Shown here in pieces: positions 37,081-47,900 of a stretch of DNA of 64,000 nucleotides. The notes under the pieces were generated by a model. That model was not told where the DNA came from, did no database searches, and worked only from the letters and a program-made list of their open reading frames with translations. Location of the stretch: positions 160,001-224,000 of the forward strand of contig CAWGBN010000009.1 of NCBI GenBank assembly GCA_963820825.1, written 5' to 3'. Each line of letters starts with the position of its first letter. Position 1 is the stretch's first letter. The position numbers and the translations under genes are program-made. The DNA comes from Vulcanimicrobiota bacterium (GTDB taxonomy: Bacteria; Vulcanimicrobiota; Vulcanimicrobiia; Vulcanimicrobiales; Vulcanimicrobiaceae).

Positions 37081-38061
37081 TCAGCCTTTGTACGCGACGA
37101 CGATCGCCGTCACGACCAGATTGAGCGTCGCCACGGGCAAGAGCACCTTCCAACCGAAGGCCATCAGCCGGTCGTAACGCAGGCGAGGCAGCGTAGCGCG
37201 AATCCACATGTAGAAGAACATGAAGCATGCGACCTTGACGACGAACCAGACGATGCCGGGAATCACGGTAAGTCCGAACGGCGCGTTCCACCCGCCGAAG
37301 AAGAGCAGCGTCGCGATGCACGAGATCGTCAGCATGTTGACGTATTCGGCGATGAAAAAGAGCCCGAAGCGCAGTCCGGAGTACTCGGTATGGAATCCGC
37401 CGACGAGCTCCGTCTCCGCCTCGACGAGATCGAAGGGGGTCCGGTTCGTCTCGGCGACCGCCGTAATGACGTAGATGATGCAGCCGACGAACTGCGGCAG
37501 AACGAACCACCAGCGAGCCTGCGCGTTGACGATCCCGTCGAGCGAGGTCGTTCCAGCGAGGATCAGCACGCCGATGAGCGAGAGCGACATCGCGAGCTCG
37601 TAGCTGATCATTTGCGCGGTCGACCGGACGCTGCCCAAGAGCGGATACTTCGAACCCGAGGCCCACCCGCCCAAACAGATTCCGTAGACCCCGAGCGACG
37701 CGATGGCGAGAATAAAGAGGATGCCGGCATTGACGTTGCCGATCGACCACGCCGCACCCGAGCGCGACGCACCGAACGGAATAATCGCGTAGACGGAAAA
37801 GGCCGTTACCAGCGAGATAAAGGGCGCGAGCTTATAGAGCAGCGGATCGGCCGTCTCCGGCGTCAGGTCCTCTTTCAACATCAGCTTCGCCGCGTCGGCG
37901 GCCGGCTGCAGCAGCCCCCACGGACCGACGCGATTCGGTCCCGGCCGCAACTGCATCCAACCGAGAATCTTGCGCTCGACGAGCATCGCGTACGCAAATG
38001 AGGTGACGACGACCAGGAGCAGAATCGCCGATTTCACCAAGACGATAATCCACCAGGGCAT
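37081..38061 (-). CDS. nuoH: NADH-quinone oxidoreductase subunit H
   Basis: ERKILGWMQLRPGPNRVG, AQMISYE, ETNRTPFDL.EAE.ELVGGFHTEYSG. Confidence 0.96.
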   Translation of the reverse strand: MPWWIIVLVKSAILLLVVVTSFAYAMLVERKILGWMQLRPGPNRVGPWGLLQPAADAAKLMLKEDLTPETADPLLYKLAPFISLVTAFSVYAIIPFGASRSGAAWSIGNVNAGILFILAIASLGVYGICLGGWASGSKYPLLGSVRSTAQMISYELAMSLSLIGVLILAGTTSLDGIVNAQARWWFVLPQFVGCIIYVITAVAETNRTPFDLVEAETELVGGFHTEYSGLRFGLFFIAEYVNMLTISCIATLLFFGGWNAPFGLTVIPGIVWFVVKVACFMFFYMWIRATLPRLRYDRLMAFGWKVLLPVATLNLVVTAIVVAYKG

Positions 38062-38065
38062 CGCG

Positions 38066-40048
38066 TTACGCCCTCATCCCGGCCAGCGTCGGGTCGTGCT
38101 CCCAGGTGCCGCCGCCCGAGAGAATTTCCGCGCCGTCACCCTTGCCCAAGCTCGCGGTGACACGACCGGCAAACCGTTCGTCGCCGAGCGTGAAGCCGGG
38201 AGTCGTTTTCGCAATATGTGCGACGATCGCGCCGTGCAGCTCGTCGGCGGGCAGAACCGAGACGCCAAGCTGATCGGCGAGCCCGAGGAGCATCTCGTAA
38301 TCCGAGCGCACGGAATCGGGTGCCGAGAGCGAAGCGTTGACGGGAAGGAGATCGCCGCCGAGCGCGAGCGTCGTGCCCTCCTTCTCAAAGGCACCCTTTG
38401 CCGGCAGGACGAGCGTCGCGCGCTGCGCCGTCTCGGTCATGAAGAGATCGCTGACGACCAGGAACCGCACCATCTCGAGCGCTTGTGCGGCGGCGGCCGG
38501 ATCGAGCGCGTTTCGGGCGGGATTGACGCCGAAGAGCGCGAGCACGCCGAGTTCGCCGGAACGCGCCGCTTCGAGCATCGCGTAACCGTCGAGTCCCTTT
38601 TCGACCGAGAGAAAACCCGGGCCGCTGCCCGGCAGCATTCCCATCGCCTCCGCGCCGCGCGCGTTCGCCTGTTCGCTCGCAACGTAGGTTGCGATGCCGT
38701 CGAGATCGGCGAAGGCCTGCGCATAGCTGCGCCCTTGTGCGAGATCGATTCCATCCCAAATCAACGCGACGTTCGAGGCATCGCCGATCGCGTTGCGCGC
38801 CTCCGCCGCACTCGCCGCGCGGACGACCTTCACTCCGCGAAGCGCGGCTTTACGCACGCGCAGCGAGAGAACCGGCGCACGCTCCTCGAGCGGCAGTCCG
38901 GCGATGACGATTGCCTGCGCGCGATCGATGGCGTCGAGCGGCGCGCCGTGCTTTCCGGGAGTCGCTTGCCGCTGCGAACCGGCACGCCAGTCGAGATTCG
39001 TAACGCCGGCCGATCGGAAGACGTCCTGCAAGACATAGGCTTCCTCGTTGGTCAGCCGGCCGCCGCCGACCGCACCGACGCTTGCGGGGCCTTGCGCCGC
39101 GATCGCTTCGCGGATTGCCTTCGCCCACAGGATGTAGGCGTCGTCCCAGCCGATCTGCACGAAACTGCCGTTGCGCCGATAGAGAGGCTGCGTGAGCCGC
39201 TCGGGCGAGTCGTAGAAGCCGATGTTGTAGCGTCCACGATCGCAGAGCCAGCCATCCGATATCGTATCGTCCTCAACGGACATCGTTCGCAGCAGCGTTC
39301 CGTAGCGTACGTCCGCGAACTGCTGGCATCCCACGGCGCACTGCGTGCAGGTCGTGTGCGTACGATTCAAATCCCACGGGCGCGATTTGAAGCGATAGGT
39401 CTTCGAGGTCAACGCGCCGACCGGACAGAGCTCGGTGACGTTGCCGGTAAAGTTATGCCGGTACGGCTCTCCCGTCGCCGTCGCGATGATGTCGTGCGCG
39501 CCGCGATCCTTAACGACGAGCTGCCGTTCGTCGGCGATGATGTCGTCGAAACGGACGCAACGCTGGCAGACGATGCAGCGCTCTTCGTCGAGTACGATGG
39601 TCGGTCCGAGATCGACGGCTTTCGGCTTGGAGAGCTTCGGGTCGGCGACGTCGGAGGTTCCGCGAGCGTAGGCCATCGAGTAATCCTGCAGCTCGCACTC
39701 GCCGCCCTTATCGCAGATCGGACAATCCAGCGGGTGGTTTACCAGAAAGAGCTCGAGCACCATCGCGCGGGCCGCATCGACGCGCTCGCCCTGCGTGCGC
39801 ACGACCATTCCGTCGGTCGCGACGGTATTGCAGGCAATCTGCAACTTCGGCATACCCTCGATCTCGACCATGCAGATGCGGCAGAGTCCGGCCGGTCCCA
39901 ACTTCGTGTGATAGCAGTAGATCGGAATTTGCTGCCTGACGAGTTTTGCGGCTTCGACGAGGAGCGTCCCCTTCGGTACCGTTACCGGAACGCCGTCGAA
40001 GGTGACCGTCACCATCTCGGTGCCGGCGGCGAGCAATGGCGCGCTCAT
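38066..40048 (-). CDS. nuoG: NADH-quinone oxidoreductase subunit G
   Basis: CYH...GLCRIC...AC, HPLDCPICDKGGEC, CIVCQRC, CTQCAVGC...LCDRGR (N7-type). Confidence 0.95.
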   Translation of the reverse strand: MSAPLLAAGTEMVTVTFDGVPVTVPKGTLLVEAAKLVRQQIPIYCYHTKLGPAGLCRICMVEIEGMPKLQIACNTVATDGMVVRTQGERVDAARAMVLELFLVNHPLDCPICDKGGECELQDYSMAYARGTSDVADPKLSKPKAVDLGPTIVLDEERCIVCQRCVRFDDIIADERQLVVKDRGAHDIIATATGEPYRHNFTGNVTELCPVGALTSKTYRFKSRPWDLNRTHTTCTQCAVGCQQFADVRYGTLLRTMSVEDDTISDGWLCDRGRYNIGFYDSPERLTQPLYRRNGSFVQIGWDDAYILWAKAIREAIAAQGPASVGAVGGGRLTNEEAYVLQDVFRSAGVTNLDWRAGSQRQATPGKHGAPLDAIDRAQAIVIAGLPLEERAPVLSLRVRKAALRGVKVVRAASAAEARNAIGDASNVALIWDGIDLAQGRSYAQAFADLDGIATYVASEQANARGAEAMGMLPGSGPGFLSVEKGLDGYAMLEAARSGELGVLALFGVNPARNALDPAAAAQALEMVRFLVVSDLFMTETAQRATLVLPAKGAFEKEGTTLALGGDLLPVNASLSAPDSVRSDYEMLLGLADQLGVSVLPADELHGAIVAHIAKTTPGFTLGDERFAGRVTASLGKGDGAEILSGGGTWEHDPTLAGMRA

Positions 40049-41322
40049 GCCGGCTGCGCCGCCTCGGCGCCGACCATTCGCGATTTGAAGGCTTCGGGAA
40101 AGCGCTGCATCACCGATTTGAGGAAGGGTTCGATCGAATCGCCGAGCGCGCAGAGATTCAAGCCGGTGATCGTCCCCGAGACGCGCGCGAGCATCTCGTA
40201 ATCGCCGGGGACGCCACGATGATGCACGAGCCGCTCGAGCACGCGTTCCAGCCAGCTCCCGCCTTCGCGGCACGGCGTGCACTGTCCGCACGATTCGTGC
40301 GCGAAGAAGCGGACGAGATTATGCGCGGCCTTGACGAAATCGGCGGTGTCGTCGAAGACGACGAAGGCACCCGAGCCGAGCATCGAGCCGGCCTTTGTCA
40401 TGCTTTCGTAATCGTACGGCCAATCGAGATGCTCCTCGAAGATACATGCCGACGAGCCGCCGCCGGGCTGAACCGCCATCAGCGTTCGTCCCGCTCGCAA
40501 GCCACCGGCCAACTCGATCAGCTCGCGCACCGTCGTTCCTAACGGTACCTCGTAGTTGCCGGGATTGCGGACGTGCCCCGAGACGGAGACGATCTTGTAA
40601 CCTTTGCTGCGCTCGGTGCCCACCGCGGCGAACCACTCGGCGCCGCGTTCGAGGATCGGCACGAGATAGGCGAGCGTCTCGACATTGTTGACGACCGTCG
40701 GCATGCCGTAGAGCCCTTCGATCGCCGGGAATGGCGGCTTCAACCGAGGCTCGCCGCGCTTGCCTTCCAGCGAGTTGAGCAACCCCGTCTCTTCGCCGCA
40801 AATATACGCACCGGCGCCGCGATGGACGGTGACTTCGAGATCGTAGCCGCTTCCGAAGAGATTCTTTCCGACGTAACCCGCACGCCGCGCTTCCTCGAGC
40901 GCGGCGGAGAAGATCTCGTATCCCCGCTTGAACTCGCCGCGAATGTAGATGAACGCGTGATGCGAGGCGATCCCGTAAGCGCCGATCAGCATTCCTTCGA
41001 GAATCAGGTGCGGCACGTTCTCCAGCAGCATGTGGTCCTTGAACGTGCCCGGCTCGGCTTCGTCGCTATTGCAGACGAGGTAGCGCACGTGCTTGTCGGT
41101 CGGCAGGAACGACCATTTGCGACCGGTCGGAAAACCGGCGCCGCCGCGGCCGCGTAGGCCCGACTTCTCCGCGAGGTTGAGCACGTCGACCGGCTTGAGC
41201 TCGCGCACGACGCGCTCCCACTGCTTGTATCCGCCGCGCTGCCGGTAGTCATCGATGCCGCACATGTCGATCTCGCCGATCCCTTCGGTCAGGACTTTAG
41301 TGACCGGCACGGGCACCTTCAT
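40045..41322 (-). CDS. nuoF: NADH-quinone oxidoreductase subunit F
   Basis: GLRGRGGAGFPTG, NSDEAEPGTFKD, GAGAYICGEET, ESCGQCTPCREG. Confidence 0.96.
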   Translation of the reverse strand: MKVPVPVTKVLTEGIGEIDMCGIDDYRQRGGYKQWERVVRELKPVDVLNLAEKSGLRGRGGAGFPTGRKWSFLPTDKHVRYLVCNSDEAEPGTFKDHMLLENVPHLILEGMLIGAYGIASHHAFIYIRGEFKRGYEIFSAALEEARRAGYVGKNLFGSGYDLEVTVHRGAGAYICGEETGLLNSLEGKRGEPRLKPPFPAIEGLYGMPTVVNNVETLAYLVPILERGAEWFAAVGTERSKGYKIVSVSGHVRNPGNYEVPLGTTVRELIELAGGLRAGRTLMAVQPGGGSSACIFEEHLDWPYDYESMTKAGSMLGSGAFVVFDDTADFVKAAHNLVRFFAHESCGQCTPCREGGSWLERVLERLVHHRGVPGDYEMLARVSGTITGLNLCALGDSIEPFLKSVMQRFPEAFKSRMVGAEAAQPA

Positions 41323-42076
41323 CTTCTTCGACGACTTCGACGACGGCGCGCGAATCGACGACGGCGCGCTCGGTCGTTCCGGTAAAGCGGTAGACGCTGC
41401 GATTGATGATGTTGTCGAGCATGATGATGCCGCTCGCGTCGCCGACTCCGCCGGCATTATTCGGCTGCGGAACGCCCGCCGCGCCGAGCGACTTCTTTCC
41501 GCTCGCGATCTGCTCGTCTTGCGGAATCGACCACGTCTCCCCCGGCGTCTCCGTCTGCGCCATCGGCGCGACGTTGTAGCTCCCGGCCCGCATCGCCGCG
41601 AGCATCTCGTCGATCATCTGCGGCGTCAGGTCGTAAACGAATTCGAGATTGACCTGCATGCAGGTCGCGCGGTCGCACGAAGCGAGACACTCGACCTCTT
41701 CATACGAGAAGAGCCCGTCGTCGGTCGTCTGCAGATGTCCGACGCCAAGCTTCTCGCGAAAATACGCCATGATATCTTCCGCGCCGTTGATCGAGCACGC
41801 GAGCCCGCGACAGACCTGCAGCATGTACTTCCCGACCGGGCGCCGGTAGAAGAGCGTGTAGAACGACACCGCGCCCTCCACTTCGGCCGGCGTGATCTCG
41901 AGCATCTGCGCCGTCGCGCGCATCGCCTGCGGACTCACGAAGCCCTCGTGCTGTTGAAACAAATGCATGATCGGCAAGAGCGCCGACCGCCGCTGCTCGT
42001 ACTGCGCAATAATCTCATCGCATTGGGGCCGCAGGCGCGCCAGCAACGCCGGGAAATTCTTCTCTCGCTCGCTCAT
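41297..42076 (-). CDS. nuoE: NADH-quinone oxidoreductase subunit E with C-terminal extension
   Basis: V.FYTLF, VCRGLAC, ECLASC [2Fe-2S] ligands. Confidence 0.93.
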   Translation of the reverse strand: MSEREKNFPALLARLRPQCDEIIAQYEQRRSALLPIMHLFQQHEGFVSPQAMRATAQMLEITPAEVEGAVSFYTLFYRRPVGKYMLQVCRGLACSINGAEDIMAYFREKLGVGHLQTTDDGLFSYEEVECLASCDRATCMQVNLEFVYDLTPQMIDEMLAAMRAGSYNVAPMAQTETPGETWSIPQDEQIASGKKSLGAAGVPQPNNAGGVGDASGIIMLDNIINRSVYRFTGTTERAVVDSRAVVEVVEEDEGARAGH

Positions 42077-42260
42077 GCGCAACGGCCTCGACGAGACCCA
42101 AGCGCCGGACGCGCCGCTGTATGCCGCAGAGGGGACTCCGACGCGAGCGCCATTGACAGGAGGTCATAATCTTCGGCAGCAGATGGCGCGAGCGCGGCGT
42201 AGCAGGAGCGCCAAACGATGTGGCGCGACGAGCTACCCGACGCGGCATGCAGCGGCGAGT

Positions 42261-43480
42261 TCATCGGTCGACCTCGCCGAAGACGGGATCGAGCGAGCCG
42301 ATCATCACGACGAGATCGGCGATGAGATTCCCGGGGCGATGCCTTTGAGCGCTTGCAGATTGTACATGCTCGGCGGACGCGTGCGGATGCGCCACGGGCG
42401 GTTCTCGCCGTTGCTGACGACGTAGTAACCGAGCTCGCCCCGCGGCGACTCGATCGATTGATAGACGTCGCCCGGCGGCACGCGGAAGCCTTCGCTGATC
42501 AGCTTGAAGTGATGGATCAACGCTTCCATCGAGAGCGCGATCGTCTCTTTCGGAGGGAGCGCGACCTTCGGATCGTCGATCATTACCGGACCCGCCGCGT
42601 CGAGCCGCTTGCGCGCTTGCTCGATGATGCGCATCGACTGCTCCATCTCGTCGAGCCGCACGAGGAAACGTGCGTACGCGTCGCCTTCGTCGCGGGTCGG
42701 TACGTCGAAGTCGTACGTCTCGTATCCCGTATACGGAAAGGCCTTGCGCACGTCGTAGGCGACGCCGCTCGCGCGCAGCGCCGGGCCGGTGACGTTCCAT
42801 TCGATCGCCGCCTCGGGCGTGAGATAGCCGACGTCAATGGTCCGGTCTTGGAAGATCGGATTGGCCTGCAGCAGACCGCGCAGCTCGCGTATGCGACCGG
42901 GAAACTTTTCGATCAGCGCGTCGAGTTTTTCGACGTATCCTTGCGGAAGATCGCCGTTGAGGCCGCCGACGCGGATATAGTTCGGATGCATGCGCGCGCC
43001 GCCCGAGGCCTCTTGGAGATCGAGGATGTTCTCGCGCAGGTCGAAGCAATAAAAGAAGACCGAGATCGCGCCGAGGTCGATGCCGTGCGTACCGAGCCAG
43101 ACGCAGTGCGAGGCGATGCGCGTGAGCTCCATCTGCAGAACGCGGACGATCTGCGCGCGCTGCGGGATGCGATCGGTGATGCCGAGGAGCCGCTCGACGG
43201 CGAGCGCGTAGCAGAGCGCGTTTGACGAGGGCGCGAGATAATCCATGCGCTCCATCACGGTCTGCACTTGCGTCCAGAAGAGTCCCTCGGCCGTCTTCTC
43301 GATGCCCGTATGAAGGTAACCGATCTCGGGATCGGCCTTGACGACGTTCTCACTCTCGATCTCGAGGACGATCTGCAGCACGCCGTGGGTAGACGGGTGC
43401 TGCGGACCCATCGAGAGCACCATCGTGTTGCCCTCGCGGCTGACCACGTCGGCTGAGAGTGGCGTCGCGGAGATCGTCAC
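42261..43480 (-). CDS. nuoD: NADH-quinone oxidoreductase subunit D (frameshift near 42330)
   Basis: MGPQHPSTHGVL, GYLHTGIEK, ESPRGELG; tail NLIADLVVMIGSLDPVFGEVDR in a shifted frame. Confidence 0.95.
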
Positions 43481-44070
43481 GAGCCGCGCGCCCGCTTCAC
43501 TTCTTCTTGCAACGCTTCGAGCGTTCTCCCCGAAGGCGGCGTGCCTGCGACGACGTTGCTCTTATTTGCAAAGTTCGGTCGCGGTGCGCGTTCGCGCGCG
43601 GGGCCGCGCATCGGATAATCTTTGCGCAACGGATGCCCTTCCCAATCGTGCGGCATCTGAATGCGGCGCAAATCGGGGTGTCCTTCGAAGACGATTCCGA
43701 AGAGATCGAAGACTTCGCGCTCCGCCCAATCGGCCGACTTCCAAAGGTCGACGGCCGAGGCCAACCGTTCGCCCTCGTCGAGTCCGCAGAGCAGGCGTAG
43801 ACGCGCCGGCGTCCCGATCTCCTTGACGCCCGACTTCTTCGCCGGCAGCTTGAGCAAGTGGTAGACGACGTCGAAGCGCGGAGCTCGCTGCAGATAGTCG
43901 ACCGCGCCGAGATCGAGGAGCATCGTATACCCTTCCGCCTTGAGCGCCTCGAGACGCGCGCGAAGCTGCGCGGGTACGATCCGCTCGATCGACGCGTCGT
44001 CGATCGGCGGGCGCAGGCTCGTTGGATCGATCGCCGCACCGGCGATCGGCGGAGTTTGCGTACTAGGCAG
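43477..44070 (-). CDS. nuoC: NADH-quinone oxidoreductase subunit C (likely CTG start at 44070; first ATG at 43923)
   Basis: RFDVVYHL, WAEREVFDLFGI.F.GHPDLRRI, GHPLRKDYP. Confidence 0.93.
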   Translation of the reverse strand: MPSTQTPPIAGAAIDPTSLRPPIDDASIERIVPAQLRARLEALKAEGYTMLLDLGAVDYLQRAPRFDVVYHLLKLPAKKSGVKEIGTPARLRLLCGLDEGERLASAVDLWKSADWAEREVFDLFGIVFEGHPDLRRIQMPHDWEGHPLRKDYPMRGPARERAPRPNFANKSNVVAGTPPSGRTLEALQEEVKRARGS

Positions 44071-44099
44071 GATGCACCCTCGAAGCTATGAGTTGAACG

Positions 44100-44578
44100 T
44101 TAGGCTCGCGCCAGGATTCCACCGCGTCCGCCCTCACGGATCTGCTGCTGAATCAGGTTGACCGCGTAGAGCAGACCGTCGGGCGTGGGCGGACAGCCCG
44201 GAACGTAAACATCGACCGGAATGATGGTATCGACACCTTGAATGATGGCGTAGTTGTCGAAGATGCCGCCCGAACTCGCGCAGGCACCCATCGAGATGAC
44301 CCACTTGGGATCGGCCATTTGATCGTAGAGACGCTTCACGACCGGGCCCATCTTCTGCGCGACGCGCCCGGAGACGATCATGAGATCGGCCTGCCGCGGC
44401 GAGCTGCGAAAGACTTCCGACCCGAGCCGCGCGATGTCGTACTCGGTGCCGTCACGCTCATCATCTCGATCGCGCAGCAGGCAAGGCCCATCGTGAGCGG
44501 CCAGACCGACGAGCTCTGCGCCCAGCGCGCGACGTCGTCGAGACGCGCGAGCATGAATTGCCCCGGTCCTAACGCCAT
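44100..44578 (-). CDS. nuoB: NADH-quinone oxidoreductase subunit B (frameshift near 44445)
   Basis: [34 protein letters not shown]. Confidence 0.95.
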
Positions 44579-44922
44579 ACGAAGCCGCCCTTCTTCCAAA
44601 CGTAGGCGTAGCCGATCGCGAGCACGACGATGAAGATCACCATCTCGAGCAGACCGAAGACGCGCAGCGCGTGCATCTTGACCGCCCAGGGATAGAACGA
44701 GGCCGCTTCCACGTCGAAGACCACGAAGAGCATCGCGATCAAGTAAAAGCGCACCGGGAATCGTCCGGCAACCGGCGACGTCGGTTCGACGCCGCACTCG
44801 TAGGCCTCGCGCTTGTGCTGGTTCGGTCGCGCTCGCGCCAAGAGGCCGGGAATGACCGTGAAGAGGAGGGCAGCCGCGAAGGCGACGCAGAGGTAGATCG
44901 CGACCGGACCGTACGGATTCAT
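44569..44922 (-). CDS. nuoA: NADH-quinone oxidoreductase subunit A
   Basis: [28 protein letters not shown]. Confidence 0.96.
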   Translation of the reverse strand: MNPYGPVAIYLCVAFAAALLFTVIPGLLARARPNQHKREAYECGVEPTSPVAGRFPVRFYLIAMLFVVFDVEAASFYPWAVKMHALRVFGLLEMVIFIVVLAIGYAYVWKKGGFVWR

Positions 44923-44925
44923 GGC

Positions 44926-44943
44926 TTGTGAAAGTTTTCACAA
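44926..44943. promoter_or_regulatory. Rex operator (TTGTGAA-AGTT-TTCACAA)
   Basis: Perfect match to the Rex consensus TTGTGAAnnnnTTCACAA, 3 bp upstream of the nuoA ATG. Confidence 0.88.
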
Positions 44944-44979
44944 GCGCTGCCCCATACCTGGCTCCAAACGGGCGCCACG

Positions 44980-47900
44980 GTGGCTTCGGCGAGCAAGGAA
45001 GACCTCGACGCCGACGAAGCCTCAGCCATCGCAACTCCCGACCTTCGCATCCGGCTCTTCGGTCACGTTGCCGTGGAAGTGGACGGCGCGCCGTTTCGTC
45101 TCGCGACGCCGCGCAAGACCCTGCCGATTCTCGCTTACTTGCTCATGAATCGCGACGCCCCGGTCGCGCGCGACTTCCTTGCGTACGTTATGTGGCCCGA
45201 CGAAGAGGAAGACTCGGCGCGGAGCAGGCTTCGGATGAACCTCTACGAGCTCGGACGGGTTCTGCCGCCCTCGCCGGCGGGAGGCCCGTTGCTGGTAACG
45301 ACCGACAGCGTCGCCGTCCGGCCCGATCTCCGACTCTGGCTCGACGTCGAAGCCTTCGACCGGCTCGTCACCGATCCGGAGCGTATCGAGGAAGCGCTCG
45401 CGCTCTACCGGGGCGACCTGCTCGCATCGCTCTACGACGAATGGATCCTTCCGGAGCGGGAGCGCCGGCGGAACCTCTACCTCGCCGGACTCTCGAGGCT
45501 GGTCTCCGAGGCGCGCCGGCGGCGCGATTTCCCCCTCGGGCTCGAGCGAGCGCAGCGAATCTCTCGCTCGACCCATGGCGCGAAGACATCGTCCGCCAAG
45601 TGATGGCGCTGCGCTCGGAGTCGGGAGATCGTGCCGGCGCGCTCGCCGAGTACGGGCGCTTCGCCGCGCTCTTGCGCAGCGAGCTCGGCGTCGATCCGAT
45701 GCCCGAGACGATGACCGTCCGCGAGACGATCGCGCGGGGGGAATCGCTCGACGGCGCGGCCGCAGACGATCCGGCGAGCCCGGCAACGCTCGCCCGCGCC
45801 GCAACGCTTCCGTTCGTCGGGCGGCGAGCCGAGCTCGATCGGCTCTTGGAGGCGTGGAGCCGGGTCGCACGCGGGGGGCGCGGAACCTTCGTCTTCGTCG
45901 GCGGCGAGGCCGGGGTCGGAAAGTCGCGGCTGGCGATCGAGTTCGCGCATGCCGTCGAAGAGCGCGGCGGACGCGTCTTGCTTGGAGCGACGGGATCGCC
46001 CGAGGCAACGCCTTACGAAAGCGTGGTCGATGCGCTGCGTTCGGCGCTGCCGCTCGTCGCCTCGCTCAAACCGACGATCTCGCTCGCCTGCGTCGCCTCG
46101 CTCTTGCCCGAGATACGCGTACGCTTTCCCTTGCTGCCGCATCCTCCCCAGATCGACGCCGAAGGCGAACGGATTCGGCTCTTCGAGTCGGTCTTTCGCA
46201 CGCTCGCCGATCTCAGCGCGCCGCGACCGCTGCTGGTGGTACTCGAAGATCTGCAGTGGGCCGGATCGGCATCGATCTCGCTCTTACAATTCTTATCGCG
46301 CCGTATCTCCGGCGTGCGCGTGATGATCGTCGTCACCTACCGCGACGACGCGACGCCGCGTCCGCATCCGCTCCACCGGCTCCGTCAAGAGGCGCGCGCG
46401 GAAGGGAGCGCGCTGAGCCTCTCGCTCTCGCCGTTATCGATCGGCGATCTCGAACAGCTCACCGGCGCGATCCACGAGATCCGCGAGATTCCCGCGGCAA
46501 CGCTGCTCGCAACCTCGGCCGGCAATCCGCTCTTCGTCACTCAGCTCGTCGACGATTACCGCAAAGGCGGGCGCGCCTTCCAGCCCCAGAGTCTGCAAGC
46601 GCTCGTCGAGCGCCGCATCGAAGACCTCTCTCCCGACGCGCGCTGCGCAGCAGAGATCGCCGCAGGCATCGGCGTTGCTTTCTCACGCGATGCCGTGCGC
46701 GAGGTGAGCGGTTGGGACGAAGCGACCTTTCGCGAGGCGCTCGACGAATTGATCGACCGCCGAATCGTGCGCGAAACGAGCGGCCGCGGTCTCTTCGAGT
46801 ACGCGTTCGCGCATCACGTCTTGTACGACGCGATAACGCGAGCCGCACCGCCAGAACGGGCGGCGAACCGTCATCATCGGATCGCTCGGGTGCTCGAAGA
46901 GCTCTATCCCGACCGGTTCCCGGAGCTCTCCGCGGCAATTGCGTCGCACTACGAGCTGGCCGGCGATGCGGCAAACGCCGCACGCTGCTATCGCGCGGCG
47001 GTACGGCGCTCGATGGCGCTCGGCGCGCTCGCCGAGGCGCGCGAGCAGTGCGATCGCGCCATCGCCCTGACGCGGGAGCCCCAACAACGCGCGGAGCTCT
47101 TGCTCGAGCGCGCCACGATCGAAGGACGTCGCGGCGACCGCGCCGCGTGGCACGCGGCGCTCGTCGCAGCCGAGACGGCAATCGCCGGCGTCGAGGATCA
47201 GGACTTGAAGCGAATCGCTTTGACGCGGCGCGTTGAGTTCGCATTGAGCACGAACGACGCCGCCGCACACGCGAGGGCGATCGCCGAACTGCGGGTGCGC
47301 GCGCAGGAGGGAGATCCGCAGTGGCAGGTGTCGCTCGGCATCGCCGAAGCGAGACTCGCCTACGCGCTCGGTCAACTCGCCGAGTCGTACGCCGCGGCGC
47401 AGACGGCGCTTGCGTTGAGCCGCGAAGCGCACGACGACGCGTCGGCAGCGCAAGCGCTGAGCTGCCTGGCGAATATTGAATCGCATCGCGGACATCTATC
47501 CGAAGCTGAGACGCTGCTCGAAGAGGCGAGCCGTGCGGCGACCAAAGCGAGCGATCCCGTCCTGGAACGCGAATCCTTACGAAGCGCTTGGACCTTGGCG
47601 TACCAGCGCCGCAACATGCCGCGGTGCATCGAACTGGGAACGCGCTTGCTCGAGCTATCGACCGCCTCGGGGGACCGGTTCGGCGAAGCAGTCGCGCGCA
47701 GCCGGCTCGGCATCGTCTTGGCTTCGGTCGGCGGCCGGTCTGCCGAAGCACGCGAGCATATCGCAGCGTCCACCGCCATCTTCTCCGAACACGGCAACGT
47801 CAGCGCGACGGCCGGCGAGCTGCTCAACCAGGCGGTGCTCGAAACCCGCGTCGGATTCTTCGACAAGGCGCGCGCCGCCACGGAGAAGGCCGTCACCCTC

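Noticed and set aside
42153..42170. TTGACA...CATAAT as an antisense sigma70 promoter in the nuo operon
   Set aside because: The spacer is only 6 nt, incompatible with -35/-10 geometry
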